From a virus (lineage: Duplodnaviria > Caudoviricetes): a stretch of 34,445 nt of DNA. The stretch is from positions 1-34,445 of IMG/VR virus record IMGVR_UViG_3300042196_000194; one strand, 5' to 3'. Below the pieces are notes generated by a model that worked only from the letters and a program-made list of their open reading frames with translations, had not been told where the DNA came from and did no database searches. The position numbers and the translations under genes were made by a program. Shown here piece by piece: positions 1 to 6,865 of this stretch (the first letter of the stretch is position 1; each line of letters opens with the position of its first letter).

Positions 1-102
1 TGGGCATCGCTGCAGCGCTTCGTGGCGGAGCTACAGGCAGGACCCGGGGGGACGGCCGCCACCTAGAGCTACTCGAGAGAGTAGAGAGAGGAAGATCGCG
101 CG

Positions 103-291
103 ATGACTAAGCTACACCTGCCTAACAAGAACTCCGCTAAGCGGGCGCTGCACAAGGCCCACTCGGGCTGCCACCTAGGCTACTTCGCGGCGGCCGCGCT
201 GGAGGGCCACGGCGCCTACTCGGCGCTGGCGGCGGCCCTGTTCGTGCTGTCTATCGTCATGCTGTTTACCCACGCAGAGGGGGCCGAGTGA
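103..291 (+). CDS. small hypothetical membrane protein
   Basis: 62 aa, purine-rich RBS upstream, hydrophobic C-terminal helix; stop overlaps next start (GTGA). Confidence 0.6.
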   Translation: MTKLHLPNKNSAKRALHKAHSGCHLGYFAAAALEGHGAYSALAAALFVLSIVMLFTHAEGAE

Positions 292-491
292 TGTTTAAAC
301 TCGTCAGAGACTATCACCGCCGGCACTTCTTCGCCGGCACCCAGGGAGAGCGGCGCGTTAGGTACGTAATCTTCGCGGCCCTCCTGGTCTCCGAAACACT
401 GCAGCTCGCGGCGCCCGGCGAGCCGTGGACGGCCCCCACGTCGTGCCTGCTCGCGCTGGCGGCGGCGTGGCTGTGGATCTTCGAGGCGTAG
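288..491 (+). CDS. small hypothetical membrane protein
   Basis: 67 aa with two hydrophobic segments; translationally coupled to previous ORF. Confidence 0.6.
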   Translation: MMFKLVRDYHRRHFFAGTQGERRVRYVIFAALLVSETLQLAAPGEPWTAPTSCLLALAAAWLWIFEA

Positions 492-504
492 AGGGGGCGG
501 CGGC

Positions 505-690
505 GTGACGCGGGCTCTAGCGACGGTAGACGCCGAGCTGGTCGAGGCGTACGAGCGAGGCGAGCTAGACGACTTCGGCGTCACGCTGCTGCTCCAAAAC
601 TTGTGTGACGCCGGGCTCTCGGACCTCGCCTCTGAGCTCGGCGCACGGCACACCCCGACGGGGAGAGAGGAGAGAAAGAGAAGTGTATAA
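505..690 (+). CDS. hypothetical protein
   Basis: 61 aa ORF, GAGGGG RBS, in a contiguous gene run. Confidence 0.55.
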   Translation: MTRALATVDAELVEAYERGELDDFGVTLLLQNLCDAGLSDLASELGARHTPTGREERKRSV

Positions 691-1009
691 GCTGACGATA
701 TCATACGAGCTGCGGGACGGGGCCCAGGACAGGGTGGTGACGGACTTGGTGCGCGAGACGCTGGCGGGCGAGGGCGGCGTCCTGGCCTCGCCGTCGGAGG
801 AGGTGCTGGCCGGCTCGGGAGCGGCGGGTCGGAGGCTCGTCTTCACGTTCACGGAGAGACCGGACACGGAGAAGATCGCCGAGGTGACGGGCGCCCTGCT
901 CTGGGAGAAGAGAGAGCAGCTTCCGAACGACTTCAAGCTGACGGGGGACGTGGTGAAGATCACGGCGCCTCGGTACACGCCGAGGCGCCGAGTGAGGTGG
1001 CCGGGGTGA
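683..1009 (+). CDS. hypothetical protein
   Basis: GTG at 683 after a purine-rich RBS, in frame with the 605..1009 ORF; overlaps previous stop. Confidence 0.6.
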   Translation: MYKLTISYELRDGAQDRVVTDLVRETLAGEGGVLASPSEEVLAGSGAAGRRLVFTFTERPDTEKIAEVTGALLWEKREQLPNDFKLTGDVVKITAPRYTPRRRVRWPG

Positions 1010-1032
1010 GACGCTCGCGGGAGGACTAGGAC

Positions 1033-2295
1033 GTGCTAGCAGACTGGGTAACTTGGGCGGGGGAGCAGCTCGCCGAAAACGACATTCTGGCGGGCATCAT
1101 CGGCGGCTCGGCGTTCGCCAGCGGCCTCTACGCGCTGCGCTCGGCGCCCGCCCGGGCGTGGGAGGTGCTGCGGCACCAGGGCACGTGCGAGCTGACGATC
1201 TACAGCGACGACCCGGCCTTCGAGTGGGTCGACGCGTGGCTGGACCGGCAGCCGTACTCGCGCCGGGCGAGGCGACTCAAGCTCGTCGGCGCCGGCATAG
1301 AGACGGGCGTGCCGGGGCAGTCTGAGAGCGGGAAGAGGAGGCCCTGGAAGCTGGTGCCGGGGCCGGGAGCGCACCTGCTCTGGCACCGCGGCCGCCCGCT
1401 GCTGCTGACGCGCGCGGTCTCGGATCCCAAGGAGGGGGCGCGCAGGTTCAGCGAGACCCTGACGTTCGCGTGCCTGGGCCGAAGCCAGGAGACGCTGCGG
1501 CGACTCGTCGCCGAGACTCAGGAGCTGAGCGAGGGCGAAAAGTTCGTCGACGTGCTCGACTACGGCGACGGCTACTGGCGCCGCTGCGCGAGAAAGCGGC
1601 CGCGGGACCTCGAGTCCGTGGTGCTCCAGCGGGGACAGATCGAGCGCGTGGTCGAGGACGCCGAGTGGTTCTTCCGCGCGGAGGAGTGGTACCTAGCGCG
1701 GGGCGTGCCCCACCGGCGCGGCTACCTGCTGCACGGGGAGCCCGGCGTCGGCAAGAGCAGCCTCGTCCTGGCGCTGGCGAGTCACCTGGGGAGACAGCTC
1801 TACACGCTCAACCTAGGAGGGATCCTGGGTGACCAGGCGCTGATCTCGGCCCTCGGCGAGGTGCCCGCGGGGGCGATACTGCTGATCGAGGACATCGACG
1901 CGACCAGGGCGAGCGCGCGGCGGGACGCCGGGAAAAAGAAGAAGGACGACGAGGGCGTGCTCGGAGCCTCACAGAGCGCGCTGCTCAACGCCTTGGACGG
2001 GGTGGCGTCCGCGGACGGGCGGCTGCTCGTGATGACCACCAACAGGCCGGAGGACCTAGACCCAGCGCTCGTCAGGCCGGGGCGAGTGGACCTCACCGAG
2101 AAGCTGCTGCCGCTCGACGGGCGGGGCGCGGCCAGACTGTTCCTGAGGTTCTACCGGGGACAGGAGAGACTGTCTTCCCGCCTGGGCACCGAGCTGACGG
2201 AGTCTTACACGGCCGCGAGACTCCAGGCGCACTTCATGCTTCACCGAGACTCGCCGGACGACGCCGTCGAGCTGCTGCTCGCGGGACTGGTCTAG
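1033..2295 (+). CDS. BCS1-like AAA+ ATPase (N-terminal TM, BCS1_N-like domain, AAA domain)
   Basis: N-terminal hydrophobic helix; WY..RGVPHRRGYLLHGEPGVGKSS (Walker A), ILLIEDID (Walker B), LLNALDG, MTTN, LDPALVRPGRVD typical of the BCS1 clade. Confidence 0.9.
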   Translation: MLADWVTWAGEQLAENDILAGIIGGSAFASGLYALRSAPARAWEVLRHQGTCELTIYSDDPAFEWVDAWLDRQPYSRRARRLKLVGAGIETGVPGQSESGKRRPWKLVPGPGAHLLWHRGRPLLLTRAVSDPKEGARRFSETLTFACLGRSQETLRRLVAETQELSEGEKFVDVLDYGDGYWRRCARKRPRDLESVVLQRGQIERVVEDAEWFFRAEEWYLARGVPHRRGYLLHGEPGVGKSSLVLALASHLGRQLYTLNLGGILGDQALISALGEVPAGAILLIEDIDATRASARRDAGKKKKDDEGVLGASQSALLNALDGVASADGRLLVMTTNRPEDLDPALVRPGRVDLTEKLLPLDGRGAARLFLRFYRGQERLSSRLGTELTESYTAARLQAHFMLHRDSPDDAVELLLAGLV

Positions 2296-2530
2296 CCGAC
2301 GGACAGGTCCGAGAGGTGCAGAAGACGGTAGTCGGGGTCGAAGGGGGCGGCTAGACCAGCCGCGGGCGGCGAGGCGGCGGTAGACGGGGTCCAGGTGTGT
2401 CCAGGTTCACGAGAGGGGGTGGAGTAGAGGGTAGAGCCGGTCGGAGCGTCTCGCGGGCCGGGGGATGTTAAAACGTCTGTGGACTCGTTGGGACGCGCCG
2501 GGAACCGAAGAGGGGAGTGAGTCACGACGG

Positions 2531-3031
2531 ATACTCCTAGGGGCGTGGCGACTGGACGTAGTGTATACCGGCGGGGGTTAGCGGTAAACTGAGACTTGTG
2601 GAAAATGAACTTTACTATATGCGTATACGAGACGTGTATCTCGTGAATTGAAAGTCCTCGCACGCTCGATAAGAGCATTCTGAGTGTTATCATAATAATG
2701 CATTGTATATCAACACGGTACTCCTAGGGTACTCCTAGGGTACTCCTCGTTTACAAAGTGTAAAGTACCGGTAACCAATTGTTGCGATTAGAGATACTCC
2801 CAGAGGTACTCCCGGTACTCCCACATTTTACTTTTGAAAAAATATTTTTGTGTCTCGCGTGCGCGCAATTATGCGCGCGTACGCGCGAGAGGATAATCTT
2901 TTAATCTGAGAGGCGTAAGAACTTCTGGCAATCTCTGGGCACGCTTTAATAATTTAAGGATCTGTCACAGTTAGGAACGCGCTCTATGTGAGGTACTCCC
3001 ACTAGGAATTTTCCCATTTTCATGGGAGTAC
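2531..3031. repeat. iteron-like RTACTCC repeat cluster in AT-rich non-coding DNA (possible origin or terminus/packaging site)
   Basis: RTACTCC at 2531, 2718, 2729, 2740, 2794, 2806, 2815, 2993 and inverted at 3025; 11-bp tandem GGTACTCCTAG at 2717-2747. Confidence 0.7.
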
Positions 3032-3518
3032 CTTTCACACAATTTTCAACCATTAGTACATAAAACTCACTAGTTTATACAACTTAAAGTAGAGTGAGAC
3101 TTCAACCTATGATTGCTGATCTGTTAAACTTTATCAACCTTGGGTTGTAAATGTATGTAGGTGTGATCTTCTATCCTCGGGCTATTTATCGTCGAATTTC
3201 TCAGTTATCTAACCTGTGTCTTGGTGAGCTCAGTTTCTCTAAGACACGTCTTGGCGCGCTCAGTCCTCCAACTAAGTCTCGATCTAGAGACTCAAATTTC
3301 CGACGGAGTGGACAGCATTTGAGGGTAAAAGGATGAAATCTAAGGTCTTAAAATCGCCTACGGCTGCAATTTTTAAGTTTATTAAAAATACTTAGGCATT
3401 TTATCGTCAACTTGGTGATGAGTTATAGCTGACTCGTCTCAATACTTTGAAGAACCATGTGTGTCCCTCCCAACTGAGGCCGCACGCCTCCTTCCCCGAG
3501 CCACGCACCACCCCGCCC

Positions 3519-3600
3519 GTGTCGTGTGTCGTGTGTCGTGTGTCACGGGCCGCCCTGCGTGTGTCGTGTGTCACGGGCCGCGCACATCGAGTGTCGTGTG
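3519..3600. repeat. GTGTCGT heptamer tandem repeats
   Basis: (GTGTCGT)3-GTGTCACGGGCCG from 3519, partly repeated at 3559-3580; related tracts at 4345-4397 and 4971-5098. Confidence 0.8.
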
Positions 3601-3640
3601 GATTCACTAGGATTTCAACTACTTAGCCCGGTGGGCTGGG

Positions 3641-3680
3641 AAAAATGTGGGGAGGCACCTCTACGTGAGACGCCTCCCCA
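3641..3680 (-). terminator. intrinsic terminator of leftward unit
   Basis: 9-bp stem TGGGGAGGC/GCCTCCCCA followed by a T-run on the minus strand. Confidence 0.65.
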
Positions 3681-3773
3681 GTTCGTGGTGATCGGTAGGT
3701 TCAGGCCCGTGCCGGCGGGTGTCGGCGAGCTAGGGGGTAACTCTTTACGGGCCTGAACCTAAGACGCCCTTAC

Positions 3774-4157
3774 CTAGGCGACCTTCTGGTCTTCGGGCTT
3801 GGTCTCCGCCGTGGAGGCGGTGCCCGAGAGCTCTTCGAACAGGTGACGCAGGCTCTTGGAGACGCCGATCTTGCGCTCCTCGGCCTTTTCGAACAAGATC
3901 TGTGCGCTGAGGCTCTTGGGCTTGCGGCCCGCGCCTCGGGCGCGATCGACGGCGAACACCTTGCGGACCGTGTACTCTCCCGGCCTCACCTCGACCTCGG
4001 AGCCGTCGGCCGCGTGGGCTGTGCCGCCCTTCGCGGTGAGCTGGCGTCCGTCCTGCCAGGCCGACTTGTAGTCTTCGGCGTCGAGCTGGAAGTTGATGAC
4101 CGGTTCACCCTCGCCCGTCTGCGGACGTCGGTCGGCCTGAATGTCATACTTGGACAC
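3774..4157 (-). CDS. hypothetical early protein (paralog of 5643..6035)
   Basis: GTG start after AGGAG RBS (alternative ATG at 4181); colinear similarity to the 5643..6035 product. Confidence 0.8.
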   Translation of the reverse strand: MSKYDIQADRRPQTGEGEPVINFQLDAEDYKSAWQDGRQLTAKGGTAHAADGSEVEVRPGEYTVRKVFAVDRARGAGRKPKSLSAQILFEKAEERKIGVSKSLRHLFEELSGTASTAETKPEDQKVA

Positions 4158-4243
4158 TGTCTGAGTTCTCCTCTCTGTCATGGCGGAGTCCTCCGGGACC
4201 CCGTACCGCACGGCAAATCTCCAGTTGCCGCTCCATATATCTA

Positions 4244-4272
4244 ATATTGGTACTTGTGTTACACTGTGTAAA
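4244..4272 (-). promoter_or_regulatory. sigma70-like promoter with overlapping palindromic operator
   Basis: minus strand TTTACA-17 nt-CAATAT; near-palindrome GTTACA-N3-TGTAAA 4258-4272. Confidence 0.7.
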
Positions 4273-4429
4273 TCTCAATCTGAAGATCTGAAAAGTTTTG
4301 GGTCTTGGCTCTGTACAACACTTCAGGACCCTCAACACGCGTGAGTGGCCCGAGGCGCGTCGTGTGCGGCCAGTGGCCCGAGGTGCGTCGTGTGCCACGC
4401 GCGGCCCGGGGACCGTGGCTCGCTCTGCG

Positions 4430-4858
4430 CTAGTCCTTGCTCACGAAGTAGTTCGCGTGAGTTCCTGGCAAGTTGAGAAGAAATTGACGCTCGTCGGCGT
4501 CGAACGTCAGTGCCTCGCCGGCGACCGCGCTCAAGTAGGCCTTGGAGAATAGGTCGAGCCAACGAAGCGCGTCTCGAGCTGAGACGAGCGGGACGGTTCC
4601 GTACTTAAGTTCGGTTGTGCAGTAAGTTTTCGTCTCTCCTTCCCACCACGAGATAAACGCTGTGAGGGCGAAGGGGCCCAGGTCCTCTGTCTGGTCAATC
4701 GCGATGTTGGCGACGCTTACTCCTGGCCCATAACCTCCACCACCGTCGTCGACAGAGAGTTCAACGCAGACGTAGAGGTGCTCTGTCTCGGCGAGTCCTA
4801 ACTCAAGTCTCTCGTAGAGGTTAGGATACACGTCTTTGAACGAGTTTAAGATTGTCAT
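4430..4858 (-). CDS. hypothetical early protein
   Basis: 142 aa ORF, GGAG RBS, immediately downstream of a near-consensus promoter. Confidence 0.8.
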   Translation of the reverse strand: MTILNSFKDVYPNLYERLELGLAETEHLYVCVELSVDDGGGGYGPGVSVANIAIDQTEDLGPFALTAFISWWEGETKTYCTTELKYGTVPLVSARDALRWLDLFSKAYLSAVAGEALTFDADERQFLLNLPGTHANYFVSKD

Positions 4859-4884
4859 CGTGGGTTTCTCCGTCTCTATTGTCT

Positions 4885-4913
4885 ATTATACTCGAGAATT
4901 TACAACTTGTAAA
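4885..4913 (-). promoter_or_regulatory. sigma70-like promoter with overlapping palindromic operator
   Basis: minus strand TTTACA-17 nt-TATAAT; palindrome TTTACA-N3-TGTAAA 4899-4913. Confidence 0.85.
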
Positions 4914-5130
4914 ACTCAAACTTCACCTCGGTACAACACTTCAGGACGAAAGAACTAGCGCGTACTAAGCCACGGGCCGTGTGCTGTGTGCTACACACAG
5001 TGTGTCGTGTGCTGCACATTTTGAGTCAGGTGTAACACTTCAGGTGTACTGCAGTTCGCGTGGAAGGCCGTGTGCCGTGTGCCGTGTGCCACACACATAT
5101 GTTGGGTGTTTGATCGGGGATGTAGCTGAG

Positions 5131-5163
5131 AGGAAGGAGGGGCCGCTGAGCGCGGCCCCTTTC
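5131..5163 (-). terminator. GC-rich hairpin, probable terminator
   Basis: 9-bp stem AGGGGCCGC/GCGGCCCCT directly after the stop of 5164..5319; weak U-tract. Confidence 0.55.
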
Positions 5164-5319
5164 TTAGTTGAGTGGGACGATGTATGCTGTCTTAGACTCT
5201 TCGTCGAAGTCGACTGTCCAGTCAGATATCACCCCGCGCTCGTCGATGTCTACTTCAAACTCGCCGCAACCTTCAGCTATGAGGTCGCCGAGCATGGCAT
5301 AAATGTCGTTAACGGTCAT
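5164..5319 (-). CDS. small acidic hypothetical protein (51 aa, not in ORF track)
   Basis: GGAGG-N5-ATG; MTVNDIYAMLGDLIAEGCGEFEVDIDERGVISDWTVDFDEESKTAYIVPLN; followed by a hairpin. Confidence 0.75.
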   Translation of the reverse strand: MTVNDIYAMLGDLIAEGCGEFEVDIDERGVISDWTVDFDEESKTAYIVPLN

Positions 5320-5329
5320 CTTGACCTCC

Positions 5330-5584
5330 TCACGCGTGGCCCACGGCGACGGACTCGACGCCGGCCATGAACAGGGCCTCGTTCTTCTTGACCTCGACGA
5401 GACCGTATTCGGTCGCGAGCTTCTCGGCGGTGACCTGGGCCTCGGTCGGGTCGGCGGGCGTTCCGATGATCGGGACCCAGCCTACGTTCGTGAAAACCCA
5501 GACCTGCGGCCTGGTGTCGTCGCGCCACTGGACGGCGGTGCTAGACTCGCCGGCCGGCTTGCGCCAGTATCTCGTGTTAATCAT
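5330..5584 (-). CDS. hypothetical early protein
   Basis: 84 aa, GGAGG-N5-ATG RBS. Confidence 0.75.
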   Translation of the reverse strand: MINTRYWRKPAGESSTAVQWRDDTRPQVWVFTNVGWVPIIGTPADPTEAQVTAEKLATEYGLVEVKKNEALFMAGVESVAVGHA

Positions 5585-5603
5585 GTGATCCTCCTGTCGG
5601 GAG

Positions 5604-5642
5604 CTGAAGTGGGGGGCGTCAGTCGACGCCCCCCGATTTCAG
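5604..5642. other. intergenic hairpin
   Basis: 10-bp stem GGGGGGCGTC/GACGCCCCCC extended by CTGAA/TTCAG. Confidence 0.6.
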
Positions 5643-6035
5643 TTAGGCCGCGGCCTCGTCGGCCGGGACTTCTTCGGTCGTGTCACCCTCGGCCTCACTG
5701 GCCTCGGATAAGACGCCGCCCAGGGTCGCGTAGACCTCCAGGATCGCCTTCTTGACGGTGATCCCCTGGGTCTCGCAGGCCTCGAACAGTTGCTCGGCCG
5801 TGATAACCTTGGCCTTCTGCTTCTGCTCGCTCTCGTGCAGGAAGACGGAGCGAACCGTAAACACGCCGGCTGGCATGTCCACGTCGTCTCCGCAGCTCGT
5901 CACGACTCCGCCGACTCGGCAGAGACGACGGGCCTCGATCCAGGCCTGCTTGTATCCGACCTCGCGGATGTCGAAGTTGAAGCCTAGCTCGGCGCCGTCG
6001 CGCCGTGATGCGTTGATCGCGTATAGCTTGTTCAT
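5643..6035 (-). CDS. hypothetical early protein (paralog of 3774..4157)
   Basis: ATG at 6035 has a GGAG RBS (ORF track start 6047); acidic tail; similarity to 3774..4157. Confidence 0.8.
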   Translation of the reverse strand: MNKLYAINASRRDGAELGFNFDIREVGYKQAWIEARRLCRVGGVVTSCGDDVDMPAGVFTVRSVFLHESEQKQKAKVITAEQLFEACETQGITVKKAILEVYATLGGVLSEASEAEGDTTEEVPADEAAA

Positions 6036-6139
6036 CTTGAACTCCATCGTTTTTTTATGTGACAGGGGCTTGTTAGGGCGGAAGTGGCGATTGCCTGGTC
6101 CGTAGCCCCTTCTGGACGGAGTATCCGTCCATTGTGATC

Positions 6140-6168
6140 ATTCTATCAGAGAATTTACAAGTTGTAAA
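6140..6168 (-). promoter_or_regulatory. sigma70-like promoter with overlapping palindromic operator
   Basis: minus strand TTTACA-17 nt-TAGAAT; palindrome 6154-6168. Confidence 0.8.
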
Positions 6169-6624
6169 TCACAATTGTGACCCAATCTCAAGAATGCAAT
6201 ATTGTTGCCGATTTGAGAAGATTGGCTAGCTGGTTGGCTGCCGGCGTCTGAAGTGCGGCTGAACGGCCGCGGCAGTCGAACTTGGCTGCCGTATCAAACG
6301 GACGGGGGCTAACAGACGGAGACCAAGTTACGAGACAGCTGATCCCCCGGGCCGGGGACCACGTGTCCGGTCGCCTAGCTTGTGATGCACGAGTCGAGAT
6401 AGACCCGCCGCCGGCCGCGGGCGAGTCGGGGCCGGGGCTGGGGCCGTGGCTCGAGAAGTGTGGCCCGAGCTGGAGGCGGCGTGTCTCAAATAGCCTGAAC
6501 ACGGCTGTGGGGCCCCAAAATCGTGGTGTGCGGCCCCGTGTGTATCTGGGTACCCCCCGTCGGTCGAAAGCCGTTTAATAGGCACGCGTAACTCCGCCAA
6601 CCCCGCGATAGATTTTTTCTATGT

Positions 6625-6684
6625 GTTACAAGTTGTAAACATATAAAAATTGCGTTTTACAAAATGTAAATAATAGAGTAATAT
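6625..6684 (+). promoter_or_regulatory. rightward promoter upstream of the array, with two operator copies
   Basis: TTTACA(6656)-17 nt-TAATAT(6679); palindromes at 6625-6639 and 6656-6670. Confidence 0.75.
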
Positions 6685-6865
6685 ATCTGATGGCTAATCC
6701 AGTTACTCTGCTCACTCCTTGTGGCTAGTTAGCCTAGAGACGAGGACTCTAACTCGTCTTCGTCTTGAACTCCAAGCTAAACAACTTAGGGGACCCCGGC
6801 CCATCCTCCTCAACTCAACATCGGGTGCCGTCGGAGTCCCCTCTCTTTTGGCAGCCGTCGGTACA

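Noticed and set aside
2292-3756. ORFs 2292..2693 (-), 3151..3336 (+), 3407..3607 (-), 3526..3756 (+)
   Set aside because: They lie in AT-rich or heptamer-repeat DNA with no RBS and atypical composition.
6188-6600. ORFs or tRNA between the divergent promoters
   Set aside because: Three overlapping weak ORFs, none with a clear RBS; no cloverleaf or T-loop signature found. Left unannotated.
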